Shown in pieces: positions 11,830 through 24,628 of a stretch of DNA of 64,000 bases (position 1 is the first letter of the stretch; each line of letters starts with the position of its first letter). The stretch spans positions 1,953,344 through 2,017,343 of the forward strand of contig CM082584.2 of assembly GCA_040954595.2 (NCBI GenBank), in the 5' to 3' direction. The notes beneath the pieces are model-generated. The model was not told the DNA's origin. It worked only from the letters and a program-made list of their open reading frames with translations, and searched no databases. A program made the translations under genes and the position numbers. Origin of the DNA: Balanoglossus misakiensis (lineage: Eukaryota > Animalia > Hemichordata).

Positions 11830-14800
11830 CAACATTGGCTAGGTCTAAGCAGTTCCTATGGATACCAGAGAGTGCCAATGCTATATCTGCTATGTTTATA
11901 GGAAAGTTGATCAAAGGTCACCAAGAGCTCACCCAAAATTGTCAACAAATTTTTCTTCCAAAATGATCAGTGTAAAATGAAAAACAAGACTTCTGGCTCT
12001 ATTGGTTAACCTGGTTATTAGGTGTTCCAGCCTTCAAAATTGTAAGACGTTATCTGCTGTGCATGCCAAAGCATGGAAAAATAGGTCCATCAAAAATGTC
12101 CAAAACCAAAGCCATCAAAAATGTCCGAAAAAATTTTGATTGCATAGTGGTCTATGTTCAAGGAAACCCAGACTCAAAGCTTCATTGTCTAGTCTACAAT
12201 TACGTAAGCACATATTTATAAGATTATCATTGGTCAAGAAATTCAGCAAAAAAATTAAGTCCAAAAGTAGAGCATGTTCATAAAAAATTCAACCTGTAAC
12301 AATATGGGTAAGCTCAGCATTAGATATGCACATATTTAATAAGGTCAACATTGGTCCAGTGGATTCCGAATGTAACAAAAATACCTAAGTCCCATACTTG
12401 TCCATATACATCAAAAACCAAACCTCTAGTGCTACTAGTCTTGCCGCAATAAGATATTCAGAAAAGAATACAGGTGCCAAATGTAGAACGAAGTTCAATG
12501 CCAAAATATGTCCTGGCAGCAGTAATGTGACAAAAATCATCACTGTTGTGCTTTTCAACAAGAGGCACATCCACGAATAATTAAGTTCTGAAAAAAACTA
12601 GATCAAAATACATGCGAAAGTTGCCAAAAAAATGCAATGTATTCTGGTCATATGAAGACTCGTATCTATAAAAAGAATTGGTGTGCAATCAATGAGTAGC
12701 CCAGAAAAAGGAAATTTTAGTTTTTAATCAGAATTCATAAAATCCAATTTGGCTTCAATAAGCTTTAATTAAGTTCTGAAAGATCTGGATCAAAGAACAA
12801 ATGAAAGTTGCCAAAAATTTGTATTATTAGGTGTTGAAAAAGGTTGGATCAAAGGACATGTGAAAGTTGCCAAAAAATTGTAACATATTCTAGTTGTATG
12901 GTGACTCGTATCCATTAAAGGAATTTGTATGCAATCAATGCATAGGCTAAAAATAGGAAAATTTAGTTCTTAATCGGAGTTTAGAAAATCTAATTTGGCT
13001 CCAATGAGATTTAACCAATCAAAATTCACTTGAAAACTTGATTAGATAAAAAAATGACAATTATAATGAGATTTTCAAAAATCCAATAAGGCATCAAAAG
13101 TCACATGACCACTAATGATATTATTGTCAAACTTTGAACCGGACAGTCAATTAGTAATTGACTTGCCCTGCAGTTTTGAAAAAATATGTCAACTTGTAGA
13201 AATTATCAAAAAATCCAATATGGCCGTCATGAAGAAGACAATTAAACTTACAAGCAGCATTGCAGGGGCTAAACTGGTTAGCATGGTTTCAAAAGAAAGC
13301 AAAGGCTGTATCTGTTGTGGATGCCAAGAAATGGTAAAGTACTTCATTAGGTGTTCCAGTCCTCTAAATTTGAAACATGCATCTGCTGTGCATGCCAGGT
13401 TATGGGAACGTAGATCAAAGGTCATTGCCAAAATTATCAAAAAATAAGGTTATGTTCCGGCAGCAGCAGTACTCATGTAAACAAAATCATGACTGTTGTG
13501 CTTTTTAACAAGAATCGTATCCACATACAATTAAGTTCAGAAAACACTGGATCAAAGGACATGTGTAGTTGTCAAAATTTTGTATAATCAAGTTCTGAGA
13601 AAACTGGATCAAAAACATGTATTCTGGTCATATGGCGACTCGTATCCATACAAAAGTTTTATCCAATAAGGTTGAACCAATCACAATTCACTTGAAAACT
13701 TAAGTAGAAAAAGATTTTTGACATTTTTAATGAGATTTTTCAAAAATCCATAATAAATCCAAAGTCACATGACCACTAACATTATTATTGAAAAAATTGG
13801 AACCGCACAGTAAATTAGAACTTTATTGGCCTTGTAATTTTTGAAAAGAGTCAACTTTTAAAGGTTATCAGAAAATCCAATATGGCTGCCATGACGAAGA
13901 CAAAGCTAAAAGCAGCATTGGAGGGACGAATGTGGTTAGCATGGTTCCAACAGAAAGCAAAGGCTGTATCTGTAGCAGATGCCGAGAAATGGTAAAGTAA
14001 GCCAGATGTCATGCAAAATTGTGCCAACAAATTTTGATATCAAACTGATCAGTGTCCAACAAAATCCAGACTTCTAAGCTATATTGGTTAACTTGAAATT
14101 GCTTATGTACATAATTATTGTGTTAACGTTTAATACTTCATTAGGTATTCCAGTCCTAAAAATTTGAAGGCTGTATCTGCTGTACATTCCAAGGCATGGG
14201 ATAGTAGATCAAAGGTCATTGCCAAAGTTATCAAAAGATTTGGGTTATGTCCTGGCAGCAGTAGTACTCATGTGAACAAAATCATGACTGTTGTGCTTTT
14301 TAACAAGAGGCATATCCACATAAAATTAAGTAGTGAACAAAAATGGATTAGAGAATGTGTGAAAGTTGCCAAAAAATGTAACGTATTCTAGTCATATGGT
14401 GACTCGTATCCATAAAAAATAGTTGTGTGCTATCAATTAGTAGGCAAGAAATAGGAAAATGTATTTGTTAATCGGATTTTAGAAAATTCAATTTGGCTCC
14501 AATAAGGTTAAACCAATCACAATTCACTTGAGAACATGATTAGGAAAAATAAATGAGATTTTTTAATGAGATTTTCAAAAATCCAATAAGGCATCCAAAG
14601 TCACATGACCACTAATGATATTATTGTCAAACTTTGTGAACAGTAAATTAGAACTTGATTCGCCCTGCAGTTTTGAAGAAAGTCAACTTTTATAGATTAT
14701 CAGAATATCCTATATGGCAACCATGAAGGAGACAATTAAAGCAACATGCAGCATTGCAGGGGCCAAAGTGGTTAGCATGGTTCCAACACAAAGCAAAGGC

Positions 14801-17800
14801 TGTATCTGTTATGGATGCTGAGAAATGGTTAAGTAAGTCAGAGGTCATGCAAAATTGTGCTAACAAAATTTGATATCACACTGATCCGTATCCAACAAAA
14901 AGCCAGACTTCTAACTCTATTGGTTAATTTGAAAAAGCTTATGTACATAAATATTGTGTTAAAGTTTAAACTTCATTAGGTGTTTAAGTCCTCCAAATTT
15001 GAAGAATGTATCTGCTGTGCATGCCAAGTTATGGGGAAGTACATCAAAGGTAATTGCCAAAATTATCAAAATATATGTGTTATGTCCTGGCAGCAGTAGT
15101 ACTAATGTGAACAAAATCATGACTGTTGTGCTTTTAACAAGAGGCATATCCACATAAAATTTAGTTCTGGAATTACTGTATCAAAGGAGATGCGAGAGTC
15201 ACCAGCAAATTGAAATATATTCTTGTCATATGGTGACTCATATCCATAAAAAATATTTGTGTGCTTTCAATGAGTAGGCTAGAAATAGGAAATTTTAGTT
15301 TTTAATCGGAGATCAGAAAATCCAATATGGGTCCAATTAGTTTTAACCAATCACAATTTACTTGAAAACTTGATTAGAAATAGATTTTTGATTTGTTTTA
15401 TGATATTTTTCAAAAATCCAATTATGCATCCAAAGCCACATGACCACTACTGATACTATTATTGTCAAACATTGAACCGCACAGTAAATTAGAACTTGAT
15501 TGGCCCTGTATTTTTTGAAAAAAAATGTCAAGTTTTAAAGGTTATCCGAAAATCCAATATGGCCACCATGAAGAAGACAATTAATACTAAAAGCAGCATT
15601 GGAGGGACCAAAGCGGTTAGCATGGTTCGAACAGAAAGCAAAGGCTGTATCTGTTATGGATGCTGAGAAATGGTAAGTAAGCGAGAGGTCACGCAAATTT
15701 GGGCCAACAAATTTCGATATCAAACTGAGCTGTGTCCAACAGAAAACAGACTTCTCAGCTCTATTGGTTAACTTGAAATTGCTTATGTACATAATTATTG
15801 TGTTAAAGTTTAATACTTCATTAGGTGTTTCAGTCCTCTAAATATTTTGTTTATTTCCTGGCAGCAGAAAGCAAAGGCTGCATCTGTTATAGATGCAAAA
15901 CTCCTGTGAACAAAATCATGACTGGTGTGCTTTTTGACAAGAAGCATATCCACGCACAATTAAGTTCTGGAAAAAATGGATCAAAGGACATTCGAAAATT
16001 GCCCAAAAATTGTAATATAATCTGGTCATGTGGTGACTCATATCTATTAAAAGAATTTGGGTAGGCTAGAAATAGGATTTTTTTTAAATCGTGTGTTTAG
16101 AAAATCCGATTTGGCTTTAATTAGGATAAACCAATCACAATTCACTTGAAAACGTGATTAGGAAAAGATTTGTGAAATTTTTCATGAGATTTTTCAAAAA
16201 TCCAATATGGCAACCAAAGTGACATGACCACTAATGATATTATTGTCAAACATTAAACCGCACAGTAAATTAGAACTTGATTTGCCTTGTAGTTGTTGAA
16301 AAGATGTAAATTTTTAAGTGTTATCATAATATCCAATATGGCCGCCATTAAGAAGAAATGGGATGGGCCCAAGCAGTTAGCATGGTTCCAACGGAAAGCA
16401 AAGGATGTTTTGTTAAAAAAATCATATGAAAACTCATATGTTCGAAAGAGCATACAGTGTGGTTTAACCGTGAGCGTCATTGGGCAAAATTTCTTTTTGG
16501 ATTTTGGCGCTATATAAACTTTTTTGCTTGATTGATTTGATTTGATTTTGTTGTGGATGCAAAGAAATGGTAAAGTAAGCCAGAGGTCACGCAAAATTGT
16601 GACACAAATGTTTGATCTTAAACTGATCAGTGTCAAACAAAAAACCAGATTTCTAAGCTCTATTGGTTAACTTGAAATAGATTATGTACAAAATTATTGT
16701 GTAAAAGTTTAATACTTTATTGGGTGTTGCAGTCCACCAAATTTGAAGGCTGTATCTGCTGTACATGCCAAGGCATGGGATAGTATATCAAAGGTCATTG
16801 CCAAAATTATCAAAAGATTTGGGTTATGTCCTGGCAGCAGTAGTACTCATGTGAACAAAATCATGACTGTTGTGCTTTTTAACAAGAGGCATATCCACAT
16901 AAAATAAGTTCTGGAATTACTGGATCAAAGAACATGTGGAAGTAGTCTAATAATTATGATATATTCTGTTCCTATGGTGACTCGTATCCATAAAAAGAAT
17001 TTGTGTGGTTTCAATGAGCACGCTAGAAATAGGAAATTTTAGTCTTTTATCAGAGATCAGAAAATCCAATTTGGCTCCAATAAGGTTTACCCAATCACAT
17101 TTTACTTGAAAACTTGATTAGAAATAAATGTTTTGAAATTTTTTTATTCTATTTTTCAAAAATCCAAAGCCACATGACCACTAACGATATTATTGTCAAA
17201 CATTGAACCGCACAGCCAATTTGAACTTGATTGGCCCTGTAGTTTTTGAAAAAAATGTCACCTTTTAAAGGTTAACCGAAAATCCAATATGGCCGCCATG
17301 AACAAGACAATTACAACTAAAAGCAGCATTGGAGGGACCAAAGTGGTTAGCATGGTTCCAACAGAAAGCAAAGGCTGTATCTGTTATTGATGCTGAGAAA
17401 TTGTAAGTAAGCCAGAGGTCACGCAAATTTGGGCCAACAAATTTTGATATCAAACTGATCAGTGTCCAACAAAAAACCAGACTTCTAAGCTCTATTGGTT
17501 AACTTGAAATAGCTTATGTACATAATTATTGTGTTAAAGTTTAATTCTTCATAAGGTGTTCCAGTCCACCAAATTTGAAGGCTGTATCTGCTGTACATGC
17601 CAAGGCATGGGATAGTAGATCAAAGGTCATTGCCAAAATTATCTAAAAGATTTGGGTTATGTCCTGGCAGCAGTAGTACTCATGTGAACAAAATCATGAC
17701 AGATGTGCTTTTTAACAAGAGGCATATCCACATAAAATAAGTTCTGGAATTACTGGATCAAAGGACATGCGAGAGTCGCAAACAAGTTGTTCAATCAAGT

Positions 17801-18290
17801 TTTGTAAAAATTTGATCAAAGAACATCTGAAAGTAGTCTAATAATTTTGATATATTCTGGTCCTATGGTGACTCATATCCATAAAAAGAATTTGTGTGGT
17901 TTCAAGGAGCACACTAGAAATAGGAAATTTTAGTCTTTTATCGGAGATCAGAAAATCCAATTTGGCTCCAATAAGGTTTACCCAATCACAATTTACTTGA
18001 AAACTTGATTAGAAATAGATTTTTTGAATTTTTTTTATGATATTTTTCAAAAATCCAAAGCCACATGACCACTAATGATATTATTGTCAAACATTGAACC
18101 GCACAGTCAATAAGAACACCAAATTTGAAGGCTGTATCTGCTGTACATGCCAAGGCATGGGATAGTAGATCAAAGGTCATTGCCAAAATTATCAAAAGAT
18201 TTGGGTTATGTCCTGGCAGCAGTAGTACTCATGTGAACAAAATCATGACTGTTGGGCTTTTTAACAAGATGCATATCTATGTATAATTTA
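11830..18290. repeat. Divergent macrosatellite, unit ~0.65-0.95 kb (first segment)
   Basis: Anchor AATCCAATATGGC(C/A)..CATGAAG at ~13214, 13876, 14708, 15552, 16332 and 17282. The left-most units (11.8-13.1 kb) are more degenerate. Confidence 0.92.
16415..16545 (+). mobile_element. 5'-truncated SINE/LINE 3' tail inserted in a macrosatellite unit, 7-bp TSD
   Basis: Absent from the sister unit near 21195. Flanked by TTTTGTT at 16408-16414 and 16546-16552. Ends with GGCGCTATATAAA and a (GATTT)n tail, resembling L2/CR1-type retroposon 3' ends. Confidence 0.8.
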
Positions 18291-18854
18291 CTTCTTATAA
18301 AATAATGTAAAGGACACTGTGGTGCCCTTTGGGGATTACTCAGAAATTAGGTATTCACCAGAATTAAATTCAGGGGCGACATTGGCAAGCATATATGGCA
18401 TTAATATTTAAATACTATGGAAACATAAAAAAATTAACTATGCCAAATAAAGTGTTATGTGTCACAGCAATCTTACACTAAAAAAACAATCTTACACTAA
18501 AAAAACAACAACTGATTTTTGTCCAAAAACTGTCTGTAAAAATACATGCGAGTATGACAAATTAATTAGTCCAATCAGACAGAGGCATTCACTGACCTAC
18601 CACCAGTTTATAATAAAATAGCTGGTGGTCCCTGTAACAGCTGGACCATTAAAATTATATAAGGAAGATCAGTTAAAAATTTACTCCAAGATTGCCGTTT
18701 ATTTTTCTGATAAAAATGTTTATACATCTTAGTAGGTTATAACAAAGAAAATTATCAAAATCGGTTCACCGGATTTCAGCGTACAAACGCATCAAATAAT
18801 ACTGAGATTCTCAAGTATCTTCACCATTTTTCAAAGAATTTTACCAAATTATAT

Positions 18855-20217
18855 AAAAATGTAAGATTCACAGAAGATTACTTCTTTCAGTTTTACAGGA
18901 GATCATCTAAACTTGTAAAAAAAATCTCTCTATTTTTTGCATGGCACCATGGTAAAATATGAAAATTTGCAATGTTTGATGTTCCGTGTCTAAATCATGT
19001 TTGATCTAATTTTCACGAAATTTTCAGATTATATTACAATATATGTGCAGATACAGATAGTGACTTATGTTTTTGATATCTGGATTATAATTTAAATTCC
19101 CAGGCGCTCAAATATGGTAAACCTAGCATTTTACCATTGCAAATGGGCGGCCATATTGGGTTGACATTTCATTAGATGGCAATATTTGTTTATACATTGC
19201 AATTTGCTGAAAATCAGTTTAATCACTGTAGTAAGTGGAAATATTTAAATTCTTGTGTATTTTAGCAATCATAAAGCTGATATTACTATCAAAAAAATGT
19301 TATACAGTTGCTTCTGGACAGCAAAAATTGCCATCATTCAAGTCAAAGTCTCAGATCGGCCCTTTTGCTTGCCTGTGTCGAGCAGATATCAAAAGTGGAG
19401 AAAGTTGGATAGTTTAATTTCTACATGTTACCTGTACTATCCTTGTAGACTATTAACATTAACAAGAATTTCATATTAAATTCTGGTATGATATGCATGG
19501 AAAGACTGGCTGGCTATAAATCATAAAAATCGACGCCGTTGCACCATACAGTTTTACTGCATACACACGTATTTTAAGCAAACTGTGCCTTTCATGTATT
19601 CCACTTTTCTCCCTTCCTTGCTGGCTTTCTCTGTTTTTTTTTCTGACTGTGTCTTTATAAAATTACTATTTTTTTTTATTTTTTTTATTTATTTTTTTTT
19701 TTTGGGGGGGGGGGGGGGGTAATTCAATTTCTGGCTCAAAAAATTGTACTAGAGCTGGTAAGGTTTCCTGAAAATTATTCCCTGTATCTTTAACGCAGGT
19801 GTGCAAGTTCATATAAAGTTCATTGGTTAAAGGAATATTATAAGCTGATAAATTTACTAAGCTCTTCTTTCCAGTTAGAAGCTCTGCTATATTAACAACT
19901 ACTCTCAATGCTACTTCAATAATGTTGCCTGTGCAAATTGACAATCAAAATATCCATTAGTTAGACAACATATTTGGTTGGGTAATTACAGAATAATAAC
20001 TATAATTCCATGCATACTCTACCTAAACTCAAATTAGAATATATAACTAAAATTATAGTTATACACAGGTCTATAAAATGCTAAGAAAATGTAAAATCTA
20101 GGAAAGAACACCCATGGGCATTCAGCTCTTAGCAGATAACATCAGTCACTTTGAAGACATGTCACTTCCCAGACTTTACTAAAAATACTTCCAACTCTGA
20201 CGTTAAACGCATCTCCA
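18855..20217. repeat. Triplicated ~1.35-kb block, copy 1 (possible decayed coding sequence on the minus strand)
   Basis: Near-identical to 22781-24542 and 24629-25953. Homologous ORFs at 19666-19944, 24017-24268 and 25369-25680. Confidence 0.93.
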
Positions 20218-22780
20218 AAAAATCCAATATGGCAACCATGAAGAAGACAATTAAAGCAACATGCTGCATTGGAGGGACCAAAGTGGTAAGCATGGTTCCA
20301 AAAGAAAGCAAAGGCTGTTTCTGTTGTGGATGCCAAGAAATGGTAAAGTAAGCCAGAGGTCATGCAAAATTGTGCTAACAAAATTTGATATCAAACTGAT
20401 CAGTGTCCAACAAAAAACCAGACTTCTAAGCTCTATTGGTTAACTTGAAATAGCTTATGTACATAATTATTGTGTTAAAGTTTAATACTTCATTAGGTGT
20501 TCCAGTCCACCAAATTTGAAGGCTGTATCTGCTGTACATTCCAAGGCATGGGATAGTAGATCAAAGGTCATTGCCAAAATTATCAAAAGATTTGGGTTTT
20601 GTCCTGGCAGCAGTAGTACTCGTGTGAACAAAATCATGACTGCTGTGCTTTTTAACAAGAGGCATATCCACATAAAATAAGTTCTGGAATAACTGGATCA
20701 AAGGACAAGCGAGAGTCGCAAATAAATTGTTTAAATCAAGTTCTGTAAAAACTTGATCAAAGAACATGTGAAAGTAGTCTAATAATTGTGATATATTCTG
20801 GTCATATGGTGACTCATATCCATAAAAAGAATTTGTGTGGTTTTAATGAGCAGGCTAGAAATAGGAAATATTAGTCTTTTATCGGAGATCAGAAAATCCA
20901 ATTTGGCTCAATAAGGTTTACCCAATCACAATTTACTTGAAAACTTGATTAGAAAAAGATTTGTGAAATTTTTCATGAGATTTTTCAAAAATCCAATATG
21001 GCAACCAAAGTGACATGACCACTAATGATATTGTTGTCAAACATTGAACCGCACAGTAAATTAGAACTTGATTTGCCTTGTAGTTGTTGAAAAGATGTCA
21101 ATTTTTAAGGGTTATCAGAATATCCAATATGGCCACCATTAAGAAGAAATGGGACAGGCCCAAGCGGTTAGCATGGTTCCAACAGAAAGCAAAGGCTGTT
21201 TTGTTGTGGATGCCAAGAAATGGTAAAGTAAGCCAGAGGTCACGCAAAATTGTGACACAAATTTTTGATCTTAAACTGATCAGTGTCCAACAAAAACCAG
21301 ACTTGTAAGCTCCATTTGTTTACTTGAAATAGCTTATGTACAAAATTATTGTGTTAAAGTTTAATACTTCATTAGTTGCTTCAGTCCTCCAAATTTGAAG
21401 ACTGTATCTGCTGTGCATGCCAACTTATGGAAAAGTAGATCAAAGGTCATTGCCATAATTAGCAAAATATTTTGGTTATTTCCTGGCAGCAGCAGTACTC
21501 ATGTGAACAAAATCATGACTGTTGTGCTTTTTAACAAGAGGCATATCCACATAAAATAAGTTCTGGAATTACTGGATCAAAGGGCATATCCACATAAAAT
21601 AAGTTCTGGAATTACTGGATCAAAGGACATGCGAGAGTCGCAAACAAATTGTTTATTCAAGTTTTATTATTGTCATTGAACCGCACAGTAAATTAGAACT
21701 TGATTTGCCTTGTAGTTGTTTTATAAGATGTCAATTTTTAAAGGTTATACGAAAATCCAATATGGCCGCCATGAAGGAGACAATTAAAACTAAAAGCAGC
21801 ATTGGAGGGACCAAAGCGGTTAGCATGGTTCCAACAGAAAGCAAAGGCTTTATCTGTTATGGATGCTAAGAAATGGTAAGTAAGCCAGAGGTCACGCAAA
21901 TTTTGGCCAACAAATTTTGATATCAAACTGAGCTGTGTCCAACAGAAAACAGACTTCTAAGCTCTTTTGGTTCACTTGAAATAGCTTATGTACATAATTA
22001 TTGTGTAAAAGTTTAATACTTCATTAGGTGTTCCAGCCAAAAAAATTTGAAGACTGTATTTGCTGTTTATTCCAAGGCATGGGATAGTAGATCAAAGGTC
22101 ATTGCCAAAATTATCAAAAGATTTGGGTTATGTCCTGGCAGCAAAGGTCATAGCCAAAATTATCAAAAGATTTGGGTTATGTCCTGGCAGCAGTCGTACT
22201 CATGTGAACAAAATTATGACTGTGGTGGTTTTTAACAAGAGGCATATCTACATAAAATAAGTTCTGGAATTACTGGATCAAAGGTCATGCGAGAGTCGCA
22301 AACACATTGTTTAATCAAGTTCTGTAAAAACTTGATCAAAGAACATGTGAAAGTAGTCTAATAATTGTGATATATTCTGGTCATATGGTGACTCATATCC
22401 ATAAAAAGAATTTGTGTGGTTTCAATGAGCAAGCTAGAAATAGGAAATTTTAGTCTTTTATTGGAGATCAGAAAATCCAATTTGGCTTCAATAAGGTTTA
22501 CCCAATCACAATTTACTTGAAAACTTGATTAGAAAAAGATTTTTGAAAAGTTTTAATGATATTTTTTCAAAAATCCAAAGCCACATGACCACTAACGATA
22601 TTATTGTCAAACATTGAACCGCACAGTAAATTAGAACTTGATTGGCCCTGTAGTTTTTGAAAAAAATGTCAACTTTTAAAGGTTATCCGAAAATCCAATA
22701 TGGCCGCCATGAAGAAGACAATTAAAACATTTACTAAAAGCAGCATTTGAGGGACCAAAGCGGTTAACATGGTTCCAACA
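20218..22780. repeat. Macrosatellite, second segment
   Basis: Same anchors at ~20222, 21122, 21756 and 22692. Confidence 0.92.
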
Positions 22781-24542
22781 TAAAAATGCAAGATTCACAG
22801 AAGATTACTTCTTTCAGTTTTACAGGAGATCATCTAAACTTGTAAAAAAATCTCTCTATTTTTTCATGGCACCATGGTAAGATATGAAAATTTGCAATGT
22901 TTGATGTTCCGTGTCTCAATAATGTTTTATCTAATTTTCACGAAATTTCCAGATTATATTGAACACCTATTGCCTGGCCATGAGGGCCATAGCGACTGTT
23001 TATTACACCGGAGGGGTTGTGAGTTACCAGAATCATATGCTATTTCCCGAGGCCGCAGGCCGAGGGAAATAGCGTATGATTCTGGTAACTCACAGCCACG
23101 TGGGGGTAAAAACGGCTGCTATGGCCCGAATATAGGCCAGGCTATAGGTGTTTTATAATAAACCTCATGCTGACAGTTTGGAAAATCATGCAATTTTCTC
23201 TTGAGGTTGGCAGACGACATCTTCAGCGGTGGCCATTGTGTCAGACGCGACGCTGATTGACGTGACCACGTTTGTCATGTGACCGGTTTATATTTTTTCT
23301 GCTATTTCCCTAACGGTTCATAGTCGATTCTATTTTCCTATCACGTGACGGATTCTGGCGAATCACGGCACAGTATTAGCATGAGGTATATTATAAAACA
23401 ATATATGTGCAGATACAGATAGTGACTTAAGTTTTTGATATCTGGATTATAATTTAAATTCCTAGGCGCTCAAATATGGTAAACCTAGCAATATACCATT
23501 GCAAATGGGCGGCCATATTGGGTTGACATTTCATTAGATGGCAATATTTTTTTATACACTGCAATTTGCTGAAAATCAGTTCAATCACTGTAGTAAGTGG
23601 AAACATTTAAAGTCTTGTGTATTTTAGCAATCATAAAGCTGATATTACTACCAAAAACATTTTATACAGTTACTTCTGAACAGCAAAAATTGCCATCATT
23701 CAAGTCAAAGTCTCAGATCGGCCCTTTTGCTTGCCTGTGTCGAGTGGATATCAAAAGTGGAGAAAGTTGGATAGTTTAATTTCTACATGTTACCTGTACT
23801 ATCCTTGTAGACTATTAACATTAACAAGAATTTCATATTAAATTTTGGTATGATATGCATGGAAAGACTGGCTGGCTATAAATCATGAAAATGGACGCCG
23901 TTGCACCATACAGTTTTTACTGCACACACATGTATTTTAAGCACACTGTGTCTTTCATGTATTCCACTTTTCTCCCTTCCTTGCTGGCTTTGTCTATTTC
24001 TTTTCTGACTGTGTCTTTATGAAATTACTGATTTTTTTTTTGGTAATTCAACTTCTGGCTCAAATAAATGTACTAGAGCTGGTAAGGTTTCCTGAACATT
24101 AATCCCTGTATCTTTAACGCAGGTGTGCAAGTTCATATAAAGTTCATTGGTTAAAGGAATATTATAAGCTGATAAATTTACTAAGCTCTTCTTTCCAGTT
24201 AGAAGCTCTGCTATATTATCCACTACTCTCAATGCTACTTCAATAATGTTGCCTGTGCAAATTGACAATCAAAATATCCATTAGTTAGACAACATATTTG
24301 GTTGGGTAATTACAGAATAATTACTTTAATTCCATGCATACTCTACCTAAACTCAAATTAGAATATATAACTGAAATTATAATTATAAACAGGTCTATGA
24401 AATGCTAAGAAAATGTAAAATCTAGGAAAGAACACCCATGGGCATTCAGCTCTTAGCAGATAACATCAGTCACTTTGAAGACATGTCACTTCCCAGACTT
24501 TACTAAAAAAACTTCAAACTCTGAAGTGAAACGCATCTCCAA
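22781..24542. repeat. Triplicated block, copy 2 (interrupted by a 437-bp insertion)
   Basis: Colinear with copy 1 except 22961-23397. Confidence 0.93.
22961..23397. mobile_element. Non-autonomous element: ~200-bp hairpin plus TIR-bounded module, no TSD (possibly Crypton-like)
   Basis: Absent from copies 1 and 3 (empty site GATTATATT|ACAATATAT). Hairpin AACACCTATTGCCTGGCC...GGCCAGGCTATAGGTGTT with apex CCCGAGGCCGCAGGCCGAGGG. Second module bounded by TTATAATAAACCTCATGCT and AGCATGAGGTATATTATAA. Confidence 0.85.
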
Positions 24543-24628
24543 AAAATCCAATATGGCAACCATGAAGAAGACAATTAAAGCAACATGCTGCATTGCAGGG
24601 GCCAAAGTGGTTTGCATGGTTCCAACAT

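Noticed and set aside
12385-22260. Numerous short similar ORFs in the macrosatellite
   Set aside because: Frames and stops are inconsistent between units, so this is a non-coding repeat.
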